Below, one piece after another: positions 19,365 through 30,588 of a DNA stretch of 64,000 nt; within the stretch, counting starts at the first letter, position 1; each line of letters begins with the position of its first letter. The DNA is from an uncultured Chromatiales bacterium. GTDB taxonomy: Bacteria; Pseudomonadota; Gammaproteobacteria; DATFLL01. A model generated the notes under the pieces. That model was not told the origin of the DNA. It saw only the letters and a list, made by a program, of their open reading frames with translations, and ran no database searches. A program made the translations under genes and the position numbers. The DNA lies in NCBI GenBank assembly GCA_964561765.1, contig CAZLQI010000009.1:37266-101265 (forward strand). Reading direction: 5' to 3'.

Positions 19365-21281
19365 ATGGCATTATTGAGTCTGGACAATGTTTCCCTGGCC
19401 TTTGGCCATCATCCGTTGCTGGATGCTGTGGCGCTGAGCATCGAATCGGGTGAACGGGTATGCATCATCGGCCGCAATGGGGCCGGAAAGTCCTCGCTGC
19501 TACGTATCCTGGCCGGTGAACTTGCGCCAGATGATGGCCAGGTCTGGCGTCAATCCGGGTTGCGCGTGGCAACATTGGCCCAGGAGTTACCTGCCGATGA
19601 ACGGCGTACGGTGTTCGAGGTTATCGCCGATGGGTTGGGTGAGGTGGGCAGACTGATCGCGGACTACCATGCCTGCGTCGCCACACTGGCGAGTGACGCG
19701 GGGGGGTTGGTGAAGCTGGAGCGCTTGCAGCATGCCCTGGAGGCCGCCGACGGCTGGTGTCTGGAGCAGCGCGTGGAGGCGGTCATGACCAAACTGGGCC
19801 TACCGGCAGACGCGACCCTGGACAGTCTTTCGGGCGGTTGGCAGCGCCGGGTTCTGCTCGGTCAGGCTCTGGTGCGTGAGCCGGACCTGCTCTTGCTCGA
19901 TGAACCGACCAATCATCTCGACATCGACAGTATCACCTGGCTGGAGCGTTTTCTCGTCGACTTCCGGGGTGCCGTGGTCTTCATCACCCATGACCGCACT
20001 TTTTTGCGCCGCCTGGCAACCCGCCTGGTCGAGCTCGATCGCGGTTGGCTGACCTCCTGGCCGGGCGACTACGACAATTACCTGCGCCGACGCGAGGAAC
20101 GCCTCTCGGCCGAGGCGGTGGAAAATGCCCGTTTTGACAAGAAACTGGCCACGGAAGAGGTCTGGATTCGCCAGGGCATCAAGGCACGGCGTACCCGCAA
20201 TGAAGGTCGGGTGCGAGCGCTGGCAGACCTGCGCGCGGAGCAGGCGCAGCGCCGGGCCCTGATGGGCAAGGTACGCATGAAGCTGGAAGACGGCAAGGGC
20301 AGCGGTAAGCTCGTGCTGGAGGCTGAACACATTAGCAAGGCCTGGGCAGCGGGTGTCGTTGTGGAGGATTTTTCCTTCACCCTGATGCGCGGTGACCGGG
20401 TCGGTCTGATTGGCCCCAATGGCAGCGGCAAGAGCACATTGCTCAAACTGCTGCTCGGCGAGCTCGCGCCTGACAGTGGCACGCTTCGCCACGGCACGCG
20501 CCTGGCGGTGGCCTATTTTGATCAGATCCGCACCCAGCTCAATCTGGAACAGCGTGTGGTCGATGCCGTTGCTGATGGTCAGACGACGATCACGATCAAT
20601 GACCGCAGTCGCCATGTTATGAGCTATTTACAGGACTTTCTGTTCTCGCCAGAGCGTGCCCGTACTCCGGTGAAGGCACTTTCGGGCGGTGAGCGCAACC
20701 GCCTGCTGCTCGCGCGATTGTTCACCCAGCCCGCCAATCTGCTGGTCATGGACGAGCCGACCAACGACCTGGATATGGAGACTCTGGAGCTGCTCGAAGA
20801 ACTCCTGGCTGACTACCAGGGTACGCTGCTGCTGGTCAGCCATGACCGTGCCTTCATGGACAACGTCGTCACCAGTACCCTGATCTTCGAGGGAGAGGGC
20901 CGGATTCAGGAATACGTCGGTGGTTACCATGATTGGTTACGCCAGCGCGGCACTGCTGCGCCCACCAACACCCCGACCGCTACGCCGTCCGCCGCCGGGA
21001 CCGCTGACACCAATAACGCTGTGGCACCGGCCAAAGTCCGTCCCGCCCGGAAACTCAGTTATAAGGAACAGCGCGAGCTCGACGCTCTACCGGGCCGCAT
21101 CGAGGTGCTGGACGCGGAACAGGCCAGCCTGCAGAGCCGCACCGCCGATCCGGCCTTCTACCAGCAAGGTGATGACAAGGTGATGACCGAGACCGTGGCG
21201 CGTCTACAGGCGATCGAGATCGAATTGGCAGAGGTCTATAGCCGCTGGGAGATATTGGAGGAAAAGTGCACCGACCGCTGA
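19365..21281 (+). CDS. uup: ABC-F family ATPase Uup-like (two ABC domains plus a C-terminal coiled-coil domain)
   Basis: Two Walker A motifs (GRNGAGKSS, GPNGSGKST) and two LSGG signatures; about 638 aa with a charged coiled-coil C-terminus. Confidence 0.88.
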   Translation: MALLSLDNVSLAFGHHPLLDAVALSIESGERVCIIGRNGAGKSSLLRILAGELAPDDGQVWRQSGLRVATLAQELPADERRTVFEVIADGLGEVGRLIADYHACVATLASDAGGLVKLERLQHALEAADGWCLEQRVEAVMTKLGLPADATLDSLSGGWQRRVLLGQALVREPDLLLLDEPTNHLDIDSITWLERFLVDFRGAVVFITHDRTFLRRLATRLVELDRGWLTSWPGDYDNYLRRREERLSAEAVENARFDKKLATEEVWIRQGIKARRTRNEGRVRALADLRAEQAQRRALMGKVRMKLEDGKGSGKLVLEAEHISKAWAAGVVVEDFSFTLMRGDRVGLIGPNGSGKSTLLKLLLGELAPDSGTLRHGTRLAVAYFDQIRTQLNLEQRVVDAVADGQTTITINDRSRHVMSYLQDFLFSPERARTPVKALSGGERNRLLLARLFTQPANLLVMDEPTNDLDMETLELLEELLADYQGTLLLVSHDRAFMDNVVTSTLIFEGEGRIQEYVGGYHDWLRQRGTAAPTNTPTATPSAAGTADTNNAVAPAKVRPARKLSYKEQRELDALPGRIEVLDAEQASLQSRTADPAFYQQGDDKVMTETVARLQAIEIELAEVYSRWEILEEKCTDR

Positions 21282-21319
21282 GCCGGACGAATGCCATCGG
21301 GTGTCCTGAGCACACGGAC

Positions 21320-22192
21320 TCAATGCCAGTCGAGGACGATGCCGTGGGCCGTGAGTGTGCGCAAGGTCGAGGCGAGGTTTTCGTCGACGAAGCGGATGCG
21401 GTGTGGATTGGTGCGGGCGAGGCGTTCCCAATCGGTATGTGGTGACAGTCCAGCGAGGTCGTAGACGCTGGAAGTGGGGAAGTACAGAGCGTGTACAAAC
21501 TGACGAAATAGTCTTTTAATTAATGGCTTGAGAAAGAATAAGCGCCAGCGAGGCATGACCGCGAAGCGTGCCGCGAGGGTATCCAGCGCGTGGGCAATGT
21601 GGCGTGCCTCATCAATAATATGCACCCTGGTGACATCATAGATGGCCGCGTTGACCGTATCGCAGTGCGTGCGGATAAAGCGATTGAGCCGATCCGGCAC
21701 CTCCTCGCCAATGAGCATCGCGATCCAGAAGGCGGTGGAATCAAAGGGTGCGAAACGTCCCACCAGATTCGCCGCCCGCATCTGGTAAAAGCGCGTCTGT
21801 GGCCGGGGTAGTCCGCTGCGACGCATCACCTCCAGAAACATCAGGCTGTGACCTGCCTCCTCGCGCAACTCATGCAGATGATAAATGAGGCGACCGAGAT
21901 GGGCATCGGTGTGCTGCAGGGTGCGACTGATGCGCTCCATGAAAATGCCCTCCAGCCACAGTCCTGCCTCAAGCACATGGAGCAACTCGAACTGTGACAG
22001 GGTGATGCGCTGCTCCTCGGTCAGGGTGTCATAGACTGGCAGACCATAGAGTGACAGTGCCTCCTCAGGCAGCCAGAACGACGCCGTATCCAGCGCGTCC
22101 CAATCCACGCGCACCAGCGCATCCCTATACGGTGTGCTGTTGCGGCTGAGCTGCTCGTGGAGTTCACCCGAGTTGGGTTGGGGTATACGCAT
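21320..22192 (-). CDS. ferritin-like diiron-carboxylate protein (AurF/CADD-like oxygenase family), tentative
   Basis: Two ExxH motifs (LREEAGHSL, IIDEARHIAH) in a helical protein of about 290 aa; the track ORF is artificially extended through the tRNA-Ser gene, so the start was set at the Met at 22192. Confidence 0.45.
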   Translation of the reverse strand: MRIPQPNSGELHEQLSRNSTPYRDALVRVDWDALDTASFWLPEEALSLYGLPVYDTLTEEQRITLSQFELLHVLEAGLWLEGIFMERISRTLQHTDAHLGRLIYHLHELREEAGHSLMFLEVMRRSGLPRPQTRFYQMRAANLVGRFAPFDSTAFWIAMLIGEEVPDRLNRFIRTHCDTVNAAIYDVTRVHIIDEARHIAHALDTLAARFAVMPRWRLFFLKPLIKRLFRQFVHALYFPTSSVYDLAGLSPHTDWERLARTNPHRIRFVDENLASTLRTLTAHGIVLDWH

Positions 22193-22442
22193 GATCCGAA
22201 AATCCAGGCCTTGGGTGCAAGTATTTCTGATGCCCTCGCGGGGCGTAAATATTACGTCAAACGCCCCCGGAATGCACCCGAACCCTGCCACGTATAGCAC
22301 GAGGCCAGGCCTCGATAAGACCCCCATGCGACCGGATGTACATTGCAAGTCACATCCATCTGGTTTAATCTTGCCCGCTGTCCGGCGCGGGGCCTTCACA
22401 AGTCGATAGCATGAAGTAATAGGCGTGCCTGGTACAGAATCC

Positions 22443-22535
<93 letters not shown>

Positions 22536-22803
22536 TACGCAGTAGTACGAAATGCTTCGCTGTGACCCTCAGAAACCGACACGAACCCCATTGGATTGTC
22601 AGGCAACCTGTTGGCTATTCAGAGTCCATTTCAATTCCGCCGTCTTTGTGGCGAACGGGGTAGGACATGAACGTCGATTCCCGGTCAATGTTCAAGGGCG
22701 TGCTCCAGAGCGCCCTGAGCATCTGACATGCAGGCGAGAGAGTAAGTTGGCGCAGCGGGTGTATTTCAACCTGACGTCGAGCAGACGCCACCTTACTATT
22801 CTC

Positions 22804-23571
22804 TTACTTTTTCGCGGTATCTGTAGATACCGACTCCAGCAGTGGTCTGATCAGGTCGATAGGCAGCGGGAACAGGATGGTGTTGGACTTTCCGGGTGCG
22901 GCGACTTCGGTTAGCGTCTGCAGATAGCGCAACTGAATGGCTTGTGGTTGCGTAGCCAGGCGATTGGCAGCCTGGGTGAGTTTTTCCGAGGCTTGCAGTT
23001 CGCCTTCGGCGTTGATTACCTTGGCGCGACGCGCGCGTTCGGCCTCGGCTTGGCGCGCGATGGCACGCACCATGTTTTCATCCAGTTCGATTTGTTTGAT
23101 CTCGACATTGGTGACCTTGATGCCCCAGGCGTCGGTCTGGTCGTCGAGGATGGCCTGAATGGCGGTATTGAGTTTTTCGCGTTCGGCAAGCATGTCGTCG
23201 AGTTCGTGTTGCCCCAGTACCGAACGCAGCGTGGTCTGTGCCAACTGACTGGTCGCATCGAACGGATCGGCGACCTGGATGATGGCGCGTTCCGGGTCCA
23301 CGATACGGAAATAGATGACGGCGTTTACCTTGGCCGATACGTTGTCGCGCGAGATTACGTCCTGCGGCGGTACGTCCATGACGATCACGCGTAGATCGAC
23401 CCGTGTCATCTGTTGAATGCCAGGGATCACGATGATCATTCCCGGCCCCTTCACGGCCTGAAATTTGCCGAGCAGGAAGATCACACCACGTTCGTATTCC
23501 TTGAGTATCCTCATCGAGCTGAACGCGATCAGGATGATGAGGCCAATGATAACGAGAATAGGGGTCAGCAT
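22804..23571 (-). CDS. qmcA: SPFH/band-7 (stomatin-like) protein QmcA/YbbK family
   Basis: N-terminal TM followed by an SPFH domain ([17 protein letters not shown]...GPGMIIVIP...); downstream of nfeD in an operon arrangement. Confidence 0.85.
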   Translation of the reverse strand: MLTPILVIIGLIILIAFSSMRILKEYERGVIFLLGKFQAVKGPGMIIVIPGIQQMTRVDLRVIVMDVPPQDVISRDNVSAKVNAVIYFRIVDPERAIIQVADPFDATSQLAQTTLRSVLGQHELDDMLAEREKLNTAIQAILDDQTDAWGIKVTNVEIKQIELDENMVRAIARQAEAERARRAKVINAEGELQASEKLTQAANRLATQPQAIQLRYLQTLTEVAAPGKSNTILFPLPIDLIRPLLESVSTDTAKK

Positions 23572-23616
23572 GATTCAATCCTCCAGTGCTTGTTTTGTCA
23601 CTATTGCGTGTGGCGC

Positions 23617-24945
23617 TCAGGTGGAGTGGGTTCGTTGCGTGGAAGCCTGCGGCGAAACGGACAACACCAAGCCGTCGATGGCGTTGACGATAACACGTTC
23701 GCCACGTTTGAGGGGGTTCGAAGTCACCGCCGCCCAGCGTTCGCCCTCGATATGGACGTAGCCCCTGGAGTCGAAATCCGACAGCGCTGTGGCAACGTGC
23801 CCGATCATGTGCTCCACTCCACTCACCACTGGCCTTCGTCTCATTTTTACGACGAGGTAAAGCACTCCCATGATGATTGCCCCGGCCGCAGCGGCGAGGC
23901 TGGTGATGTAGATGCGCGGCAGGCTGTAGCCGGGGGCATGGGTGTCGATCAGCATGATCGAGCCGACAACGAAGGCGACAATGCCGCCGATGGCGAGCGT
24001 GCCGTAACTGGTTACAAAGGCTTCGGTCACAAACAGGATGACGCCAAGCACAATCAATGCCAGTCCCGCGTAGTTGACGGGCAGGGCATGGAAGGCGAAC
24101 AGTGCCAGGATGAGACTGATGGCGCCCACCGTGCCAGGCAGTATCACACCGGGATGCAGGCCTTCCATGATCAGGCCGAAGAGGCCGATCAGGAATAACA
24201 GGTAAGCCACCGTCGGGTTGGTGATGACGGTCAGCAATCGTTCACGCCAGTCCTGATGCTGGATTTTCACAGTGACGTTGTCGGTGTGCAGGGTAACTGT
24301 GCCTTTTGCGGTGGGCACGGTCACGCCGTTTATGGTGGCCAGCAGTGCCTGCGTGTTGGGTGCGATGCGATTGATAACCTGTTTGGCGAGAGCGGTTCTC
24401 GCAGTGATGCTGTCCCCATTGCGAACCGCCTGCTCGGCCCAGACTGCATTGCGCCCGCGCAATTGCGCCAGACTCGTGATGTAGGCTACGGCATCGTTCA
24501 GTATTTTTTTCTGTTCTGCCGTTTTTGGTTTGGCCGGCGTGTTGCTGCCGCCAGTCGGATTGAGCGCCACCGGCGTGGCGGCACCCACATTGGTGCCGGG
24601 CGCCATCGCTGCGTAGCCGCAGGCATAGAGGATGTAGGTGCCGGCACTGGCTGCCCGCGAACCCTCGGGTCCGACCCAGCAAATCACTGGTATGGGCGAG
24701 GCGAGAATGTCTTTGATGATGTTGCGCATGGAAACGGATAGACCGCCCGGTGTGTCGAGTCGTATAAGGACAAAAGGCGCCGCGCTACGCTGCGCCTGGC
24801 CGAGCGTGCGATGCACATAGCCGGCCATGGGCGGACCAATTGGCCCCACGATTGCGATTTCGGGCACTACCGTACCTGCAACCACCGGTGCGATGGAGAA
24901 GAGCAGGGCGAAAACGACTAAGGCACACCGTGCAAGCGCGCTCAT
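23617..24945 (-). CDS. nfeD: NfeD-family membrane-bound serine protease (long form, YbbK partner)
   Basis: Signal/TM segment, ClpP-like domain (ICWVGPEGSRAASAGTYILYAC), multi-TM region and a C-terminal OB domain; classic nfeD-stomatin pairing. Confidence 0.85.
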   Translation of the reverse strand: MSALARCALVVFALLFSIAPVVAGTVVPEIAIVGPIGPPMAGYVHRTLGQAQRSAAPFVLIRLDTPGGLSVSMRNIIKDILASPIPVICWVGPEGSRAASAGTYILYACGYAAMAPGTNVGAATPVALNPTGGSNTPAKPKTAEQKKILNDAVAYITSLAQLRGRNAVWAEQAVRNGDSITARTALAKQVINRIAPNTQALLATINGVTVPTAKGTVTLHTDNVTVKIQHQDWRERLLTVITNPTVAYLLFLIGLFGLIMEGLHPGVILPGTVGAISLILALFAFHALPVNYAGLALIVLGVILFVTEAFVTSYGTLAIGGIVAFVVGSIMLIDTHAPGYSLPRIYITSLAAAAGAIIMGVLYLVVKMRRRPVVSGVEHMIGHVATALSDFDSRGYVHIEGERWAAVTSNPLKRGERVIVNAIDGLVLSVSPQASTQRTHST

Positions 24946-25126
24946 TGGACTGGATCGATGGCAGCCATAGGTTGCATCAGAGCAGAACCAAAGCCGGAAC
25001 ACAAGCCGTGCAAGTCGGCGCCACTCTCATCCCAACAGCAAACAATCAAGCGGGTGCGGTACACTGCAATGGCACAGCACGTATCGTCGGCGATGCCCTA
25101 AACAGAAGAGGGACAAAACGAGGGCC

Positions 25127-25429
25127 ATGGCAATGAAACATCGCAAACTGGAACACCTGCAAATCACCTGCGGCGATGAAAATTTCGATTACCGGCGGGC
25201 GCGACAATTGGCCGAGGAACTGGCCGCCGGGCAGCTCGGTGATGCCCTGCTGGTCGCCTGGTTCGATGGCCAGAAAAACGAGGAGCACCCCCAGGTGCCG
25301 GAGTGTCAGCACAAGCCGGGTTGGCTGGCCTATGCTCATGGCCATGGTGGCCGGTTGTGTATCGATGTCAACGGCGGTGAATTTAGCTTTGTTTATGCCG
25401 ATGCGGGTAACCTGGAGGGCAATGCCTGA
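25127..25429 (+). CDS. hypothetical small protein (100 aa)
   Basis: ORF with a GAGGG RBS; no recognised family. Confidence 0.4.
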   Translation: MAMKHRKLEHLQITCGDENFDYRRARQLAEELAAGQLGDALLVAWFDGQKNEEHPQVPECQHKPGWLAYAHGHGGRLCIDVNGGEFSFVYADAGNLEGNA

Positions 25430-25769
25430 CGACAGGAGCCATACCCATGAGAACGACACTGGATACAGCAACACGCAAGCAGGCCTATGCCAGGCTCGCC
25501 AGACACGACGACCCGTAGCACGGCTTTATCATCGTGAGGGCAGATCAGCGGGGACGACTGCGGCTGATGGAACTACTGGTGGCCCTGGCGATCGGGTGCT
25601 GGACGGTGGTGGTGGTGAATGCGACAGCTACCGTTTGCCGATGATGGCTTCGATGTTGCGCTGGCGGGCCAACGGCAGACGGGGTTGAACCTTGAGCCGC
25701 TTTCTTCCCTCTGGTATCCTGCCGACGCGCTTGGGAGTGGATGTGGTGATGCTCCCGGCGCACTGCAAT

Positions 25770-25885
25770 GGTGGCTTGTGTCGGTCCCCCCGCGACGATA
25801 AACCGTGAACCCGGTCAGACCCGGAAGGGAGCAGCCGCAGCGGTGGACTCGGGCGCCGGGGTGTGGCTGGCATGAGTCGCCACCC
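25770..25885 (+). ncRNA. ffs: signal recognition particle RNA (4.5S RNA, ffs)
   Basis: Domain IV core ...GUGAACCCGGUCAGACCCGGAAGGGAGCAGCCGCAGCGG... matches the E. coli 4.5S motif CCAGGUCAGGUCCGGAAGGAAGCAGCCAAGGCAG; the 5' GGUGGC pairs with the 3' GCCACC; located just upstream of dnaX, as is common in gammaproteobacteria. Confidence 0.7.
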
Positions 25886-26058
25886 AATTTGATACTCTAT
25901 CCCTGCCCCTTAGTGCTACAGGCGGTCTTTCGAGCGTGTCCGTCCGAGGTGTGCCACGGCGCACGGATTTGATGATTGATCTCGTCTTTCCGGGTGCGCC
26001 GCGCTCGTCGAGTCGGTAGAATGTGGATCTACGTTCCCAGGCAGATTCTGACAATTTA

Positions 26059-27849
26059 ATGAGCTATCAGGTACTTGCACGCAAGTGGCGTCCGCGCAGC
26101 TTCGCCGAAATGGTTGGCCAGGAGCATGTGCTGCGCGCCCTGATCAATGCCCTGGACAATGACCGCCTGCATCATGCCTTTTTGTTTACCGGCACCCGTG
26201 GTGTCGGCAAGACCAGCATCGCCCGGATTCTGGCCAAGTCACTGAATTGTGAGCAGGGTGTCAGCTCGCAGCCGTGCGGGGTGTGTTCGGCCTGTCAGGA
26301 GATCGATGAAGGGCGTTTCGTGGATCTCATCGAAGTGGATGCGGCCTCGCGCACCAAGGTCGAGGATACGCGCGAGTTGCTGGACAATGTGCAGTACGCG
26401 CCGACGCGGGGGCGCTACAAGGTGTACCTCATTGATGAGGTACACATGTTGTCGAATCATAGTTTCAATGCCCTGCTCAAGACGTTGGAGGAGCCGCCAC
26501 CGCATGTGAAGTTTCTGTTGGCAACGACAGATCCGCAGAAACTGCCGGTGACGATCCTGTCGCGCTGTCTTCAGTTCAATCTGCGCCGGTTGTCGGCGGA
26601 GCGTATTCGTGACCATCTGGCGGAGGTGTTGGGCAAGGAACAGATCGAGACCGACATGTCGGCACTGGCCTTGTTGGCCCGGGCGGCGGATGGCAGCATG
26701 CGCGACGCTTTGAGCCTGCTTGATCAGGCCATCGCCTTCGGTGGTGGTCGGGTAGGTGAGACGGATGTGGGGGCAATGCTGGGCACGCTGGACCAGACTC
26801 AGGTCTATGCCTTGCTGGAGGCGCTGGGTCGACAGGACGGGGTCGGGGTGATGGCGCAGGTGGCGGCGTTGGCCGAGCAGGCGCCGGACTTTGGTGCGGT
26901 GCTGGCCGATCTGCTTTCGGTGTTGCATCGGTTGGCGCTGTTGCAGGTCTGCCCGGGGGCCTATACGGAGGACATGGGGGAGCGGGGCGTGCTGGAGGCA
27001 TTGGCGAACACCCTGTCGCCGGAGGATGTGCAGCTTTTCTATCAGATCGGTGTGATGGGACAGCGCGATCTGCCATTGGCTCCGGAGCCGCGTGTTGGTC
27101 TGGAGATGACGGTCTTGCGGATGCTGGCCTTTCGCCCCGTCGATGATGTGACGGCAAGTCCAGGCACCGCGACAGGTCCAGCCCGGTCTCAGGGGGTGGT
27201 TGACACACAGGGGCAGGCCGGATCATCAGCGCATGAGGGGAACAACGCATCGGCTGATGCCCGGTCCGGTGCCCCCGCATCGCCATCATCGATATCGGGG
27301 ACCACGCAGTCCCACGCGACGAACACGGCCCCGGTGGGCGTCGCTGAGGCGCCACCCGCACAGCCTGCTCAGGTTGGCCCATCCCCCCCCGCAGTGAGCG
27401 CGGCTGCGCCCACGATGACCCCGTCTGCCGGGGAGGCGAACCCCGACAAGAAAGAGGTAGCGTTCGGGTCTGCCGATGAGTGGCATGCTGCGGTGGCGTC
27501 GTTGCGGCTCACTGGTGTGCTGCGCCAGATTGCATTGAATACGGCCTTCGTGCGCAAGGAGGGGGTCGTCTGGTATCTTGCGCTGGACCCCTCTTGCGCA
27601 CAGTTGATGACTCCGCGTCATCAGGCCCGGTTGGAAGCGGCGTTGGGCGCGCACTGCGGCGAGAAAGTGCGGCTGAATATCTCAACCGAGGCGCCCTCAG
27701 CAGAGACACCCGCGGCGCGCAGTGAACGTGAGCGCGGTGAGCGCCAGGTCAAAGCGGTCGAGGCCATTGAGCATGATGCGAATGTGCAGACCATCATGGA
27801 TACGTTCAATGCACATATTTTACCGGACTCGATCCGACCGCGTGACTGA
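26059..27849 (+). CDS. dnaX: DNA polymerase III subunits gamma/tau
   Basis: N-terminus MSYQVLARKWRPRSFAEMVGQEHV..., Walker A GTRGVGKTS, zinc module CEQG..CGVCSAC, and a Pro/Ala-rich tau domain. Confidence 0.95.
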   Translation: MSYQVLARKWRPRSFAEMVGQEHVLRALINALDNDRLHHAFLFTGTRGVGKTSIARILAKSLNCEQGVSSQPCGVCSACQEIDEGRFVDLIEVDAASRTKVEDTRELLDNVQYAPTRGRYKVYLIDEVHMLSNHSFNALLKTLEEPPPHVKFLLATTDPQKLPVTILSRCLQFNLRRLSAERIRDHLAEVLGKEQIETDMSALALLARAADGSMRDALSLLDQAIAFGGGRVGETDVGAMLGTLDQTQVYALLEALGRQDGVGVMAQVAALAEQAPDFGAVLADLLSVLHRLALLQVCPGAYTEDMGERGVLEALANTLSPEDVQLFYQIGVMGQRDLPLAPEPRVGLEMTVLRMLAFRPVDDVTASPGTATGPARSQGVVDTQGQAGSSAHEGNNASADARSGAPASPSSISGTTQSHATNTAPVGVAEAPPAQPAQVGPSPPAVSAAAPTMTPSAGEANPDKKEVAFGSADEWHAAVASLRLTGVLRQIALNTAFVRKEGVVWYLALDPSCAQLMTPRHQARLEAALGAHCGEKVRLNISTEAPSAETPAARSERERGERQVKAVEAIEHDANVQTIMDTFNAHILPDSIRPRD

Positions 27850-27906
27850 GCCGAGACAGAGTCGGGTGGTGCATGTGTTTCATACTGAGCAAGAGGTGAA
27901 GGTACT

Positions 27907-28230
27907 ATGAAAGGCGGAATCGGCAATCTGATGAAGCAGGCCCAGCAGATGCAGGCCAACATGCAAAAGGCGCAGGAGGAACTGGCGAACATGGAAGTGA
28001 CTGGGCACTCAGGCGGTGGCATGGTCAGCGTGGTGATGACCGGCAAGCACGATGTGAAACGTGTCAGTATCGACGACAGTCTGGTGGGGGACGACAAGGA
28101 AATGCTTGAAGACCTGGTGGCCGCGGCAGTCAATGATGCCGTGCGCCAGATCGAGAAGGTCACTGAGGAAAAATTCTCTGGCATGACCGGCGGGATGGGG
28201 CTGCCCGGCGGTTTCAAGCTGCCGTTCTGA
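27907..28230 (+). CDS. ybaB: nucleoid-associated protein YbaB/EbfC
   Basis: 107 aa, [16 protein letters not shown]... canonical YbaB; dnaX-ybaB-recR synteny. Confidence 0.9.
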   Translation: MKGGIGNLMKQAQQMQANMQKAQEELANMEVTGHSGGGMVSVVMTGKHDVKRVSIDDSLVGDDKEMLEDLVAAAVNDAVRQIEKVTEEKFSGMTGGMGLPGGFKLPF

Positions 28231-28236
28231 GCCCGC

Positions 28237-28833
28237 GTGTCTGCGAGTCCCCTGATTACCCGCCTGGTGGTGGCGCTGCGTTGTTTGCCCGGCGTCGGGC
28301 CGAAGTCGGCACAGCGCATGGCTTATGCGCTGCTGGAGCGTGACCGCCCCGGCGCGCTGGCACTGGCTGATGCGCTGCGCGAGGCGGTCGAGCGTGTCGG
28401 GCATTGCACATCCTGCCGGACATTCAGCGAGGACGCGGTGTGCGGCCTGTGCAGCAATCCCCGGCGTGACCGTGGCGTGTTGTGTGTCGTGGAATCACCC
28501 GTCGATGTGCAGGCACTGGAGCAGGCCACGGATTTTCGCGGCCTGTACTTCGTACTCATGGGACATCTCTCGCCGCTGGATGGTATCGGTCCAGATGATA
28601 TTGGCTTGGACCTGTTGGCCACACGGTTGGACAGTGGCGAGGTCACGGAGGTGATTCTGGCCACCAATCCCACTGTCGAGGGTGAGGCCACGGCGCACTA
28701 CATTGGGGAGATGGTACGCAAACGCGGCCTGCGGGCGACCCGGATAGCCCATGGTGTGCCCCTTGGCGGTGAGCTGGAGTTCATTGATGGCAGCACCTTG
28801 TCGCATGCCTTCGCCGGGCGCCTGGACATCTAA
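28237..28833 (+). CDS. recR: recombination protein RecR
   Basis: GTG start; HhH motif, C4 zinc finger ([16 protein letters not shown]) and a Toprim domain. Confidence 0.93.
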   Translation: MSASPLITRLVVALRCLPGVGPKSAQRMAYALLERDRPGALALADALREAVERVGHCTSCRTFSEDAVCGLCSNPRRDRGVLCVVESPVDVQALEQATDFRGLYFVLMGHLSPLDGIGPDDIGLDLLATRLDSGEVTEVILATNPTVEGEATAHYIGEMVRKRGLRATRIAHGVPLGGELEFIDGSTLSHAFAGRLDI

Positions 28834-28865
28834 TTTTTCCCTGTTGTTTAGCGTTACGGGCCGGG

Positions 28866-30302
28866 TTATTTGCGCCGCGGCGAGAGACTGGCGATGGCGG
28901 CGGCAGCCTGTATGCACAGCGACTTGAAGTGCTGATAGCTGCGCATATCGAGTCCGCAGGCGTCGTTGTGACGATCGGCGTAGAACAGCCCGATGGCCTT
29001 ATCGTGTACAAAGATGGACATGGCAAAGAAGGAGTGGGTTCCGATGAGGGTACGAAATTCCTCCGGCACCAATGGCCAGAGGTGGGCGCGATTCTCATCG
29101 TTGAGCCACACGGCCTGTTGGCGTTGCAGCAAGCGCTTGAACAGATTGGCGCCGTCGAGCGGGATTGTCAGGCGATTGAAGTGGGTGTCGTTTTCCGTGC
29201 CGGCCAGCGCACGTACCTGGAGATTTTGTTGATCGGGACTGAGCATGGTGAACACGGCGCGGTTCATGCCGGCACCATCGTGCAGGCCGCGCATGAGTGT
29301 ATCCATCAGGGTCTGTGAAGTCAGTCCGGCGGGTCGACGTAGCCGGGCCATGACTTCGGCCAGGACGGCGGCATTGGGCATGATGCAGATGCCGGCCTCC
29401 TCTGCGACAGCTTCGACCTGGGCAGCCGGAGGCTCTGGCAAGGGCAGGAGGGGCAGCAAGGCGGCAGCAGGCAGAACCCCGTAGATCGATGATTGAGCGG
29501 CACGTACGGCAGTGCGGTGTACACGTGCGTTCATGGCGTCGGGTTTGAGCCCGAGCAGTTCTGCTCCTTGTTCCACCAGGGCGCTGACTTGTGGCCGGTA
29601 CCAACCATGTTCACTGGCCCGTGCCAGTTGTACGGCCAGCATCACGCCCAAGGCACGGGGATGCTGGGCATTTTCCGCCGCCAGACCTTGTTGCACCAAG
29701 GTGGGGAGATGCCATTCCTGGGCCAGGGCCAGAGAGAGCTGGTCAAGGGTGAAACCGAGTACGATGTATTGCGCCTCTTCGTCCGCAATATGTTCATCGC
29801 GGATCATGCGCTCGATGTGTTCGAGTTGTTCGGCACCGAAAATGGACAATACCATGTCACCGATAAAATGCTGTTGTGCGGCGGCGAAGACCTCGTCGGG
29901 TTGCATGTCACGGCGCAACAGCGCCCAGTCGCGTGCCTGAACGGCGGCGTGGTAGGCGCAACTGCAAGTCATGAGCAGGCGGTGGCGGGCGGGGTCGCGT
30001 AATATTTTATCGAGTATCGGCAGGGTCGCGGGCAGTTTGCGCAGTCTTTCGAGTCCGAGTATGAGCAAGGCGGGTTCGACGGCGGTGATCTCGGTGCTGA
30101 GTCGTCCGCGATGCATCGAGTTGGTGATACGCAGGATCTGGGCGGTCAGCCCCGGATCGCGGTGGACAATATCGGCAAATTCACCCAGGGGAATGCGGCC
30201 CTGGTCGATGATCTGTGTCAGCGCACGCACGGTGCGTGCTAGCACCGGGATTGGCCGGTGGCCGATGCGCTTTATCCACTCTGCGATGGGTAGTTGAGGC
30301 AT
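28866..30302 (-). CDS. HDOD-domain signalling protein with a C-terminal GAF-like domain
   Basis: N-terminal HDOD region (…IPLGEFADIVHRDPGLTAQILRITNS...) and a C-terminal GAF-like segment; divergent from motAB. Confidence 0.7.
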   Translation of the reverse strand: MPQLPIAEWIKRIGHRPIPVLARTVRALTQIIDQGRIPLGEFADIVHRDPGLTAQILRITNSMHRGRLSTEITAVEPALLILGLERLRKLPATLPILDKILRDPARHRLLMTCSCAYHAAVQARDWALLRRDMQPDEVFAAAQQHFIGDMVLSIFGAEQLEHIERMIRDEHIADEEAQYIVLGFTLDQLSLALAQEWHLPTLVQQGLAAENAQHPRALGVMLAVQLARASEHGWYRPQVSALVEQGAELLGLKPDAMNARVHRTAVRAAQSSIYGVLPAAALLPLLPLPEPPAAQVEAVAEEAGICIMPNAAVLAEVMARLRRPAGLTSQTLMDTLMRGLHDGAGMNRAVFTMLSPDQQNLQVRALAGTENDTHFNRLTIPLDGANLFKRLLQRQQAVWLNDENRAHLWPLVPEEFRTLIGTHSFFAMSIFVHDKAIGLFYADRHNDACGLDMRSYQHFKSLCIQAAAAIASLSPRRK

Positions 30303-30504
30303 GCGGTTTTTGTTGTCAGACGTCGGGATTTTGGCGTGTCGTGATCTGCAAGGTGGATAATCCCGATATCGCGGTTGTCTCGTGGCAAGTTCGACACTGG
30401 GACGGACGTGCCCGCCGACCCATCCTTAGAGTGTATATCGGTAGTTTGGCGAGTTTCTTTAATATTGAGTACTATGGTAGTCCTGGGCAGGCACACATTC
30501 AGGC

Positions 30505-30532
30505 TCAAGGTTTACCCGGTTGCAGTCGATAG
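30505..30532 (+). promoter_or_regulatory. putative sigma-28 promoter TCAAGGTTT-N11-GTCGATAG upstream of motAB
   Basis: Close match to TAAAGTTT-N11-GCCGATAA with correct spacing, about 55 nt upstream of the motA ATG. Confidence 0.5.
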
Positions 30533-30588
30533 GTACATTAACGCAAGCCTGTGGATTTTAATACTCATTCCGGAGTGAAGTACGTTCC

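Noticed and set aside
25430-25769. Several 60-170 aa ORFs in the 25.4-26.0 kb interval
   Set aside because: The interval is explained by the SRP RNA gene and the dnaX promoter region. The ORFs are Arg/Pro-rich and overlap each other and the RNA
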